A model generated the notes under the pieces. It ran no database searches and had not been told where the DNA came from. It saw only the letters and a list, made by a program, of their open reading frames with translations. A program made the position numbers and the translations under genes. From Candidatus Parcubacteria bacterium (lineage in GTDB: Bacteria > Patescibacteriota > Patescibacteriia > Patescibacteriales > UBA12075), in the NCBI GenBank assembly GCA_963814275.1, contig CAWFCE010000002.1, forward strand, positions 939,263 through 1,003,262: a stretch of DNA of 64,000 nucleotides, given 5' to 3'. Shown one piece after another: positions 53,404-62,984 of this stretch (position 1 is its first letter; every line of letters starts with the position of its first letter).

Positions 53404-53502
53404 AAAAGGCTCTTGCCGGGACTGCCCCCGTAGAGAACCTTTTTCGTCGTAATTCTATTATAATATTAGCACGCGCCAAATTAGAAGTCAATGAAAAACC
53501 CC

Positions 53503-53583
53503 CGCGCCTGACCCAAGGCGTGTTTTTATTTTTGGCCAACATTTAAGCAATGTTTGACTTTGAGGGGTAAAAAGTGGTACATT
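53503..53583 (+). promoter_or_regulatory. Conserved terminator-promoter junction, copy 3 (diverged)
   Basis: Hairpin CGCGCC-TGACCCAA-GGCGTG plus TTTTTATTTTTGG. Then -35 TTGACT (53554), a 17-18-nt spacer, and TACATT. It shares AATATATTCAATCT with copy 2. Confidence 0.45.
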
Positions 53584-53625
53584 AAAAATATATTCAATCT
53601 CTAATTTGACCACAAATCCTTTCCC

Positions 53626-53742
53626 TTGTTATCGCCTTTCGGGCGAGCCCCGCTACGAACAGGGCACATCCGAATGGGTTGTTATCGCCTTTCGGGCGAG
53701 CCCCGCTACGAACAGGGCACATCCGAATGGGTTGTTATCGCA
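53626..53742. repeat. 53-bp tandem repeat x2.2
   Basis: The unit TTGTTATCGCCTTTCGGGCGAGCCCCGCTACGAACAGGGCACATCCGAATGGG starts at 53626 and 53679 (identical). A partial third copy is at 53732. It contains the hairpin CGCC-TTTC-GGGCG. Confidence 0.95.
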
Positions 53743-53762
53743 GATTATTTTAAAGGTATTGT

Positions 53763-54251
53763 ATGAACATTGATATTGTAAAGTTTAATCAAATAAAAAA
53801 AGAAGCGGAAGATTGGTACAAAGAGATTGATCTGATAGAATGTCCGTTTTTAAAAAGAAATGTAAATTTTAATGCCAAAGGTCTTGATCATATCAAATTC
53901 AAAGCTTGGAATAAGGCCAGATCAATATCAGATCAATATTTACGTTTTAAGTTTTTACGTTTGGCGCCGGTAATTTTAAAAAGATCAGGTACGCTGCAAG
54001 AATTTCAAGATACAAAAAACTTTGAGAGAATCCACTCAAATTCGAAATGGAAGAGATTAATGGTTCCGGTGAAATATTATGGGTTTATTGCGGTATTGGG
54101 CTACAAGATCAAAGTGAAAGTGATAGTCAAGGAAATATATGGCAGCCAGCCGTATTTTTGGAGCATTATCCCATTTTGGAAGAATAGAACAGATCCAATT
54201 ACACAGGAATTAAAAAAAGTCTTCCACGAGGGAGACTTGGAGAATGACTAG
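53763..54251 (+). CDS. Hypothetical basic protein (cassette 4)
   Basis: 162-aa ORF, Lys-rich, no recognised motif. Confidence 0.55.
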   Translation: MNIDIVKFNQIKKEAEDWYKEIDLIECPFLKRNVNFNAKGLDHIKFKAWNKARSISDQYLRFKFLRLAPVILKRSGTLQEFQDTKNFERIHSNSKWKRLMVPVKYYGFIAVLGYKIKVKVIVKEIYGSQPYFWSIIPFWKNRTDPITQELKKVFHEGDLEND

Positions 54252-54761
54252 ATGACTTTTTTTATAATGATATTTGTCTGCGGTTTTATGTATTTAACCG
54301 CGGGAGAGCCAAAACCCTCACAAATATCATCGCTTATATTATAACAAAAAACAGTTAAAAGTCAATGAGAAACAAAAAACCGCCCCTCAAGGGAGCGCGT
54401 TTCCGACTACGTTCCTAGACTGGTTATCGAGAGCCACGCCACTGTCCGATTAGGTTGCGGAATAAAGGTCTTTGTAGTTTTATTATAATATATTTTTTGG
54501 AATTACAAGTATTTTTCGGGGGGTAAATATTGATTTTTTCTTTAATTTTAGATAAAGTATAGAAAGAAAATAAGGTAATTTTTAATATTTATTTAATTCG
54601 ACATTTTTACCCTCCGTAGCCTTGGCGAAGGAGGGCGTCACTTGTCATTCGTCATTTGTAACGGGTAATATAGATTAAAATCCAGATTAAAATTTAGAAT
54701 TAATTAATTCATTATTCGACATTCGGCATTCGACACTCGAAAATTGAAAGGGGGAGGCTAG

Positions 54762-54926
54762 GGGCACCGGAAGCGCTTGCGCGAGCGCTTTATCAAATCC
54801 GGCCTGCCCGGCTTTCTCGACTACGAGATCATCGAACTCTTACTCACGCTGGGCACGCCGATGAAGGACTGCAAGGCAATGGCCAAGGAAGCGGTCAAGA
54901 AATTCAAGGGCCTTAAGGGGTGCTGA
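54762..54926 (+). pseudogene. radC: RadC N-terminal fragment (no start codon, truncated)
   Basis: GHRKRLRERFIKSGLPGFLDYEIIELLLTLGTPMKDCKAMAKEAVKKFKGLKG, preceded by an in-frame TAG. A shifted frame continues ..DASIEDLRQ, then homology is lost. No JAB/MPN domain. Confidence 0.75.
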
Positions 54927-54949
54927 CGCTTCTATCGAGGATTTGCGGC

Positions 54950-55305
54950 AGTCAAGGAATTCAAGCTCGCGCCCGCCTTTATCAAAAATATAATTCTCTG
55001 CCTATCGGAGCATGATGACACGGCTGACTATGTGCCGGACAAGAAGGGCAACAAACAGCCAGACTCGGCGCTCAGGGATAATGAGAAGATCAAGCTGACC
55101 GAAGATATTGAGGAGTATTTTAGGCGGGAGGTTCTGCCGTATAACAAGGATGCCCGGATGGACCGAAGCAAGGACAAGGCCGGCTATGAGATTAACTTTA
55201 CCAAGTATTTTTATTAATATGTCTCGCCTAGGAATTTGGCGGATTGAAAAGGAAATTAAGGCGGTGACGGCGGAGATTGATGCTTTATTGAAAGAGGAGC
55301 TATAA
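54950..55305 (+). pseudogene. hsdM: C-terminal fragment of a type I R-M methyltransferase (HsdM-like)
   Basis: ...YVPDKKGNKQPDSALRDNEKIKLTEDIEEYFRREVLPYNKDARMDRSKDKAGYEINFTKYFY, then a stop, then (shifted) ..IEKEIKAVTAEIDALLKEEL. This is the typical HsdM C-terminus without any N-terminal catalytic part. Confidence 0.65.
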
Positions 55306-55379
55306 AAAGATATACACATCTAAAGCGATGTTTCGTTGCTATCACCAAAACATAAGTATTATTTAATATTAGTAAATTT

Positions 55380-55803
55380 ATGAAGGAGGAAAACAATCAA
55401 ATTATTATTTACAGTTCTGAAGATGGGCGAACTAAAATTGAAGTAGAAATGCAGGATGATACTGTCTGGCTTTCTCAGGCTCAAATGGCCGACTTACTAC
55501 AGAAAGATGTCAGGACTATCAGTGAGCATATAAATAATATTTATAAAGAGGGAGAATTAAAAAAAGAGCTAACTTTGCGCAAATCCGGAAATTCCGGAAT
55601 TGGCTTATCTAAGCCAATAACTTATTACAATCTCGATGTTATTATTTCCGTTGGCTACCGGGTCAATTCCCACCGCGGCACCCAATTCCGCATTTGGGCG
55701 ACTGAGAAAACTCCGCCATTATGTCATTAAAGGTTTTGCGAATAAAGATGAATGTCAAATAATAGCCGGGATAAGGTTACATACATTAGCTATTAACGGA
55801 TAG
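55380..55803 (+). pseudogene. rhuM: RhuM-family protein, frameshifted and truncated
   Basis: IIIYSSEDGRTKIEVEMQDDTVWLSQAQMADLLQKDVRTISEHINNIYKEGEL...VGYRVNSHRGTQFRIWAT. The frame breaks at about 55706 (continuing LRHYVIKGFANKDE in another frame). It ends about 200 aa short of typical length. Confidence 0.7.
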
Positions 55804-55910
55804 GGGTATAGAATACCCTGTTTTTTAAAATAGGGGCACAATTTTACAAATAATGCCCTTATTGCTATATTGAGAATAGATAATTTATTTAAGATTAGAT
55901 AAAAGAAAAT

Positions 55911-56998
55911 ATGGCATTCGAACGAACAAAAGCATAAAACAGCCTGCCTTTGCTGCCGCCAAAAGCCGATTTGGAAAGCAAGCTGATATTAAAGAAGCTG
56001 ATCTCGGCGCGGGAAGCCCTGGCTAAATTGACGCGGGCAACCGCCGCTTGCCGAACGAGCATTTGATGATCAACTCCGTAATCCTCCAGGAGGCCAAATT
56101 AAGTTCGGAAGTCGAGAATGTCGTTACCACTAACGACGAACTCTACGAAGCGATGGCGGCGGAAAAGAAAGATGTCGATCCGGAAACCAAAGAAGTCTTG
56201 CGCTACCCGGATGCGCTTTGGCATGGTTTTGAATTCGTCAAAAAGTACCGATTGACGAATACCAACCTGTATATCGAAATGGATAAGATCATCATCGAAC
56301 AGCGAAGCGGCATTCGTAAAGTGCCCGGCACCCAGCTCGTAAATCCAACCACCAAGCAGGTCTATTATACGCCGCCGGAAGGTGAAAGCGTGATCAGGGG
56401 GCTTTTAAAGAATTTTGACGACTATATCAACGGCGATAAAGACGGGATCGACCCGCTGGTAAAAATGGCCGTAGCCCATTACCAGTTCGAATCGATCCAT
56501 CCCTTCCACGACGGCAACGGCCGCACCGGCCGGATCATCAATATTTTATTTTCTCACCATGCGCGGCTTATTGCGGCGCCCGGTTTTGTATTTAAGCAAA
56601 TACGTGATCGAAAATAAAGCCGATTATTATAAGAATCTGCGTTTGATCACCGAAGACGGGAAAAACGGGAGCCCTGGATAATGTATATGCTGAACGCCGT
56701 CGAAGAAACCGCCCGCTATACCGATGACAAGATAAACCGTATTTGCGAGCTGATGGCCGCCACCGGAGACATAATCAAAGATCAGGCGGCCGGTATCTAT
56801 TCCGAGGAACTGGTGGAAGTGCTATTCCGCCTGCCTTATATCAAGCGTAAATTTTTGGTAGAGGCGGGGATGGTCAAGCCGAAAACCGCCGGTAAATATT
56901 TGTCCGAGCTGGAGAGGATCGGCATACTGAAGGCGGAAAAAGCTTGGCTGGTAAAAATTGTATATCAACAAGAAATTTTTCAATTACTAAAAACGTAA
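55911..56998 (+). pseudogene. fic: Fic-domain protein with stop and frameshifts
   Basis: MAFERTKA-stop; NSLPLLPPKADLESKLILKKLISAREALAKL in another frame; then LPNEHLMINSVILQEAKLSSEVENVVTT ... Fic motif HPFHDGNGRTGR; the frame breaks after RIINILF. A C-terminal winged-helix part sits in a separate ORF (56681-56998). Confidence 0.8.
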
Positions 56999-57295
56999 AT
57001 TTGGCGGATAATTTAAACGAAGATACGTTGGCCGAACGATCGTCATTCGATATTTGCAAGGGTAATCTTGATTATAATCCGGATTAAATTTTAGAATAAA
57101 TTTATTCGCTTATTGGACATTTTTACACCTTCGGCTCGTCCGCCGCAGTCCCGAAGTATCGGGACACAGGAGGAAGCGTAAGCGAAGGAGGGCGTCACTC
57201 CCTGTCCTGCCTGTCTCGAGCCACGTCGAGGGAGGCCGGGTCGAGGGGGGAGAGATTGGCAATGGGCGGATAACCGACCTTTCCCGCTCTTTCAT

Positions 57296-57972
57296 ATGAC
57301 AAAACTATCTCTTCATCCCGGTTGCGGTCATTTTAAGAGGTTGCGCGAGCGCTTCCTGAACTCGGGTCTCTCCGTATTTCTCGACTACGAGATCATCGAA
57401 CTTCTCCTCAGCCTGGGCGGCCGGGTCAAGGATTGCAAGCAGGAGGCCAAAGCGGCGATAAAAAAGTTCGGCGGCCTGAAAGCCGTCCTGGACGCGCCCG
57501 CCGAAGAGCTTACCAAGATCAAAGGCCTGGGCTGCGCGAAAGCACCTTCGGCCTGAAGCTCTTCCAGGCCATGGCCGAGCGCTATGCCCGGGAAAATATT
57601 CCGAAAAAATTAAAATTCGATTCGGCCAAAGAGGTGGCGGGGTACCTGCAAAAAGAAGATCGGCCGCGCCAAGAAGGAGCACTTCGTCGTCCTTTACCTC
57701 GACGCCAGGAACCAGCTCATCCACGAGGAAACCATCTCGGTCGGCACCCTAAACGCCAATCTGGTCCATCCTCGCGAAGTGTTCAAACCGGCGATCGAGC
57801 ATTCGGCGGCGAGTATCATATCGCGGCGCATAATCAGTACCCGAGCGGCGGCACGGAGCCGAGTGAGGATGATTTTGAGCTGACGGAACGACTTAAAGAG
57901 GCAGGGAAATTATTAGGCATAGAAATGGTAGACCACTATATATTAACTAAAGAAAATTATCTAATAATCTAA
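57296..57972 (+). pseudogene. radC: RadC (JAB/MPN domain) with multiple frameshifts
   Basis: GHFKRLRERFLNSGLSVFLDYEIIELLLSLGGRVKDCKQEAKAAIKKFGGLKAVLDAPAEELTKIKGLG. The frame changes at about 57545, about 57650 and about 57830. [48 protein letters not shown] is in a third frame. The HNHPSG motif has degenerated to HNQYPSG. Confidence 0.8.
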
Positions 57973-58016
57973 AAATAAAACCGCCGCCAAATAAGGAGAC
58001 GGTTTTATTTTAAAAG

Positions 58017-58301
58017 CTATTTTACGCCGCAAGCCGGATTGTACTTGTTTCTTATTAGACTTTCAATCGCCAGTCGATTTTGACTGTGTACTTCCCGATG
58101 GAAGTAGAAAATAGTCCCACCATTCTTAATCCAACATTGCCTACGTTCGTGGCCCGGTATGCGGTCTTTTAAATTTTCCGTTTCACCCACATCGACGATT
58201 ACTGCATTTGGAGTTGTTATGATATAAACTCCAGCGACGTTGTTAAAATCCTCATTTACCGAGTATGGGCCATCGAATTGATAACCTAATACGTTAAGCA
58301 T
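58017..58301 (-). CDS. GIY-YIG-like small nuclease-domain protein
   Basis: From Met at 58301: MLNVLGYQFDGPYS...VAGVYIITTPNAVIVDVGETENLKDRIPGHERRQCW..., fitting the GIY-(x10)-YIG, R and H pattern. 94 aa. Confidence 0.5.
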   Translation of the reverse strand: MLNVLGYQFDGPYSVNEDFNNVAGVYIITTPNAVIVDVGETENLKDRIPGHERRQCWIKNGGTIFYFHREVHSQNRLAIESLIRNKYNPACGVK

Positions 58302-58633
58302 GGATTTTTTAACGGTTATCTCGCAGAAATACACCACGGCAGTTCTTTGGCTGGCCCTCTTACTAAATTCACATTATTTAACCAGATTAATCAGGTGAGA
58401 ACCTAGAACGTCTTGCCATTCACGAGGGGAGTCCGCCGATTTGTGCTAGACATTTGAATATAGTGAGTGATTAATATTTGAATTAGGAGTCGACTTTTCT
58501 ACAGAAGTAACATTAGCGTATTTTATTACTCATACACCTCCTAAAGGTATAAGAGACCAGATTTGTAAATTAGTCAAGAAGTCGTATGCTATCAGTCTGT
58601 TGACAATTATTTCAAAAAGCGTATAATAGGTAT

Positions 58634-59205
58634 ATGGTTACAACAGATCAAATAAAAAATATTGCTAATATTTGGCCAGGATATCCATTCCGTTCATCAT
58701 TAAAGGAAATAGCCGGAGATGAAATATACGTTATTCAAGCCAAGGATGTCTTGGATATGGAATAATTGCTATCAATAATTTGTTTACGATAAAAGATATT
58801 GGTTTCCGCAAAAAATATTATGTGAATCCAAATGATATAATATTATCAGCACGCGGAAATTTTAAAGCCGGGATAGTTGAAAAAGGAGCAAATACAATCG
58901 CCTCCACTTCAGTTTATATCATTCGGCTTATTGCGAAAGAAATTATTCCAAAAAAACTGCCATTTATCTTAACACATCGGCCGGACAAAAAATAATATAT
59001 GAACGCGCGACCGGCGCAGCTATCACTACGATATTAAAAAAGCGATTTAGAAAATATCGAAATTAAAATTCCCAGTCTAGATGAACAAAGGCAAATTGTC
59101 AGTATACATGAAAATAACCGAGCTCAGCAAAAACTTCTTAAGCAAAAAGCGTTTTTAACTAATAAAATATCCGAAGGATTAATAAACAAATTATTAACTG
59201 CATAA
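58634..59205 (+). pseudogene. hsdS: Type I R-M specificity subunit (HsdS, single TRD) broken by a stop and frameshifts
   Basis: Consensus promoter TTGACA-16-TATAAT at 58600-58627. MVTTDQIKNIANIWPGYPF...AKDVLDME-stop. Then FTIKDIGFRKKYYVNPNDIILSARGNFKAGIV...SVYIIRL. The C-terminal conserved region IEIKIPSLDEQRQIVSIHENN...LINKLLTA is in another frame. Confidence 0.7.
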
Positions 59206-59210
59206 ACCAT

Positions 59211-60737
59211 ATGGCGCCAAAAAAATATTCACAAGACGAACTAAATAAAACATTATGGGCGGCCGCGGACTCATCGCGCTCGTCATCGTGTATTACGGCG
59301 GCGTTTATAAAGACTACGTTCTGGTCATGCTTTTTTATAAATATCTAAGCGATTTATCCAAGAGACAATACGACAAATATAAAGAGCGTTTTGGCAAAGA
59401 CGAGGCGCGTATTAAAGAAAAAATGAAGACCGATCGCTTCTACTTGCCGCCGGGTACCAGCTTTGATGAAATCTATCAGAAAAAAGAGCTGGATAACATC
59501 GGTGAAGTAGTCAATAAGGCCCTACATAAGATAGAAGACCTAATAATAAAGCCAAGCTGGAGAATTTGTTTCTTAATCTGGATTTTAATTCCGAGGCGGT
59601 TCTCGGCAAATTGGAACAGCGCAATAAGATGCTTAGGCATTTGATCGATGATTTCTATAAGATCGATTTAACGGAGGTGGGCGATGACGTGATCGGCAAT
59701 GCTTATATGTATATGATCGCCAAGTTATGTTAAAAGGTCGGCAAGATGGCGGTAGAATTTTTTACGCCCAGATACGTCGCCGCGCTTTTGGCAAAATTAG
59801 CCCAGCCAAAAGACGGTTTTAGGATTTGCGATCCGGCCGGTGGGTCAGGCGGTCTGCTTTTATTGGCCGGTGAAGAAATTGAAAAGCAAGGTTCCAAAAA
59901 TTACGCGCTTTATGGGGAAGAATCAACCGGCAGTACTTATCAATTAGCTCGGATGAACATGTTTTTACACGGCCGGGACACGGCCAGGCTCGAGTGGGGC
60001 GATACACTTAATAATCCTTTATTGGTTGAGAATGACAAGCTCATGAAATTTGATCTGACTATCGCGAATCCGCCGTTTTCCCTTAAAAATGGGGGGCGGA
60101 AAACGCGGAGGGCGATAAATATGAAGCGATTCCACCGCGGCATTCCACCCGAAGACAAGGGGGATTACGCCTTTGTAACCCACATGGTGGAAACGGCCAA
60201 GCCGAAATCCGGGCGGGCGGCGGTGATCGTGCCGCACGGCGTCCTGTTTCGCGGCGGCGCGGAGGGGAAAATTCGCCAGGCGTTTTTGGAAGAGAATATT
60301 ATTGACGCTGTCATTGGTTTGCCGGCCGGTTCTGTTCCAGACCACCGGCATTCCAGTCGCCATTTTAATTATTGACCGGTCGCGGGAGCAAGGCGGGGCA
60401 AAACTAGAAGAAAAAGGATATTGTATTTATCGAAGCGTCCAAGGAATTCAAGCCGGGCAAAGCGCAGAATACCTTGACCGAGGAGAATATCAATAAGATT
60501 TACGACACTTACGCCAAGCGCAAGACGATCGATAAATTTTCCCGAACTGACAAGCCGGAAACGAAAATCAAAGAGAATGATTATAACCTGAATATTACCC
60601 GCTATGTAGATACGTTCGAAGAAGAAGAGGAGATCGATATCAGCGCGAACCTGAAGGAGCTAAAAAAACTGGAGCCGGAATTGGCAAAGCTGGAGAAGGA
60701 AATGTCGGGATATTTGAAAAAACTTAATATTAAATAA
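59211..60737 (+). pseudogene. hsdM: Type I R-M N6-adenine methyltransferase (HsdM) with at least four frameshifts
   Basis: MAPKKYSQDELNKTLWAAAD.. / ..YKDYVLVMLFYKYLSD.. / ..LRHLIDDFYKIDLTEVGDDVIGNAYMYMI.. / EFFTPRYVA...ICDPAGGSGGLLL...IANPPFS... / ..TGIPVAILIIDR.. / C-terminal coiled coil. The pieces lie in alternating frames. Confidence 0.85.
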
Positions 60738-60739
60738 TT

Positions 60740-62177
60740 ATGAACAGCTTGATTGAAAAAATATTAAACATACCAGAAGAAGGCCAAACGATTGAATTTA
60801 AAAGATTATCGGGTGATGGAGTGGTAAAAAACGTATTGCAAACAATCGTAGCCATGGCTAATGCTGAGGGCGGTGCGATTATACTGGGTGTTGATGATCC
60901 GGAGAAAACAAAAAAGGAGGGGTTGGATAGGGTTTATGGCATAGAAGAAGGTTATGATCATTATGATGAAATTGGTCGGGAAATTCAAAAAATAACGCCG
61001 CCGATTTCTAACTTATGGCCGCCGGCACACGAGAGGGGCAAGCAGAAAAGAAGTTTATCGCCATTATTATGGTGCCTAAGGCAACTGACGGATTTCGTTG
61101 TTACGGTAACAAGGTGTATGTAAGGCAGTTGAAGAGCAATAAATTGCTATCCCCGCAAGAAATTATAGAATTATCGTATGCCAAAGGCTTCAAGAAGGCG
61201 GATCGCGAATTAGTAAAGGTGAATTTTAAATTATTGGACACTGTTTATTTTCAGACCTGGCAACGGGGCAGAAAAATCGCAGGACAGGACATTAGAAAAG
61301 TATGTTTTGGAAAAAGTTGGCCTTGCCCGAAACGACAAAAAGGGTAAATTTTTACCTACGCGTGCGGCAGTCATGCTGTTTGCTGAATATCCGACCAATT
61401 TAATGGACCTAAGTGCACCATCAGGGTGTTTCAATATTTTGGCGTTAAGGAAACCATAAAAGAGGTCCCTAATTTAATCGGTACACCGAAAACGATCGAG
61501 GGGCCGGTTATTAAACTGATAGGCGACGCGCACGAGTATGTTCTTGGCTTGTTAAAAAGGCGGCATAAGAGTGCCATCCGGTTTTGTTACGCAATACCAA
61601 ATACCGGCCAGAAGCAGTCAAGGAAGCGATAACTAACGCGGTGATCCATCGGGATTACCACATAAAACGCGATATAGAAATTAAGATTTTCGAAAATAGG
61701 ATCGAAATAGAGAGTCCTGGTTTATTTCCATACAATATTACACCTGCGAATATCGGACGGACACGATCATCCGGGTATAGAAATGATATACTGGTTAAGC
61801 ATTTAAGGGAGTTTCCCTCTCCGCCAAACCTTGATCAAAATGAAGGTATTCGGGCTATGCGCAGCGAAATGCGTACGCAGAATTTGTATCCGCCGATCTT
61901 TTGGACTTTTCCGGGTTTGCAGGATGCGGTAAGAGTTATTTTGTTTAATGAGGCGCAGGCGACTGAATGGGAAAAGGTTGTTGATTTCTTAGAAAAATAT
62001 AAATATATAAATAATCATCAGGCAAGAGAAATCACTGGTATTATTCAAACGCATAAAATGTCCAGACTATTGAAGATATGGGTTAAGCAGGGCTTGTTAA
62101 TTAAAGTTACACCCGGAAGCGGTTCGACTCTTAAAACAAAGTATCGTTTACCGAATTCCGGGGATTTAAGCGATTAA
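60740..62177 (+). pseudogene. AlbA_2 (Schlafen-like) + HATPase_c_4 putative DNA-binding protein, frameshifted into four ORFs
   Basis: EGQTIEFKRLSGDGVVKNVLQTIVAMANAEGGAIILGVDD (AlbA_2). ..VYVRQLKSNKLLSPQEI.. ; ..KEAITNAVIHRDYHIKRDIEIKIFENRIEIESPG (HATPase_c_4). C-terminal wHTH. ORFs 60740, 61015, 61426 and 61584 are in different frames. Confidence 0.75.
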
Positions 62178-62343
62178 GGTAAATGCATGCACGGGCCGGT
62201 GCAAGCATTTATAAATTTATCTAATATTAAATAAAATTTTATTACTTTGCTTGCAAAAATTACAAAAGTGATTTAACTCAAAGAAAAAAACGGGATATTT
62301 GTAAAGGTTTAAAATAACTATGTTAATTCATATCGTTGGTTGT

Positions 62344-62401
62344 AGTGTGTCAAATTATTTAAAATATGACACACTAAAAATTTTGTGTGACACATGTGTC
62401 A
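62344..62401. promoter_or_regulatory. Operator-like TGTGTCA/TGACACA palindromes
   Basis: AGTGTGTCA-N14-TGACACACT (62344-62375) and the perfect 14-nt palindrome TGACACATGTGTCA (62388-62401), 60 nt upstream of the 62462 ORF. Confidence 0.45.
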
Positions 62402-62461
62402 TGCTAAATTTTTACCCACAACCAATTCGAGGAAGGGCTCGATAAGGTCAAATTTAAAAAC

Positions 62462-62923
62462 ATGAAAATCAATATTTCTAAAAAGCAGTATCAAGCTTTA
62501 GTAAAGTGCATCGAGACCGCCGGATCGATTTACGGCGTGATGGGCGATATGGTGGACGAGAAGCACAAGAAGTTTTCCGGCGAGATCGATGAGCTAAGCG
62601 ACTATATTTTGTCTTTCGCTAAGGATTTCGGGATGGAGGATATAGTCGAAGTGAGCCGCGGCAAGCGTTTCGTGAACGAGGATTATACGGACAAGCTGAT
62701 GGATGATATCGGGGAATATGAGGAGTACGCGTTTTGGGATATGCTCGTTCGCGAATTGGCCCGCCGGGAGCTGGCGAAAACCATACCGGAGGAAGAAGCC
62801 GGAAAATTGGGTGAGGAAAAAATGATAAGAAAATTATGGGAATTGGAAGAAAAATACCGACGCTGGACCGAAGACACCGGCCTGGACGGGCTTGAGGTTA
62901 AAGATAAAAAAACCGCTGAATAA
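62462..62923 (+). CDS. Hypothetical acidic protein
   Basis: 153-aa ORF, Glu/Asp/Lys-rich, no recognised motif. Confidence 0.55.
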   Translation: MKINISKKQYQALVKCIETAGSIYGVMGDMVDEKHKKFSGEIDELSDYILSFAKDFGMEDIVEVSRGKRFVNEDYTDKLMDDIGEYEEYAFWDMLVRELARRELAKTIPEEEAGKLGEEKMIRKLWELEEKYRRWTEDTGLDGLEVKDKKTAE

Positions 62924-62984
62924 ATATCCACAACCATTTCGTCCAAGTGGACGATATGGTTTAGTTAAATATTAAATAAATTTT

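Noticed and set aside
51374-54251. Integron gene-cassette array
   Set aside because: No intI-type integrase or attI is in the window. The conserved junctions do not show the RYYYAAC...GTTRRRY attC core pair; they look like a terminator hairpin plus a sigma70-type promoter.
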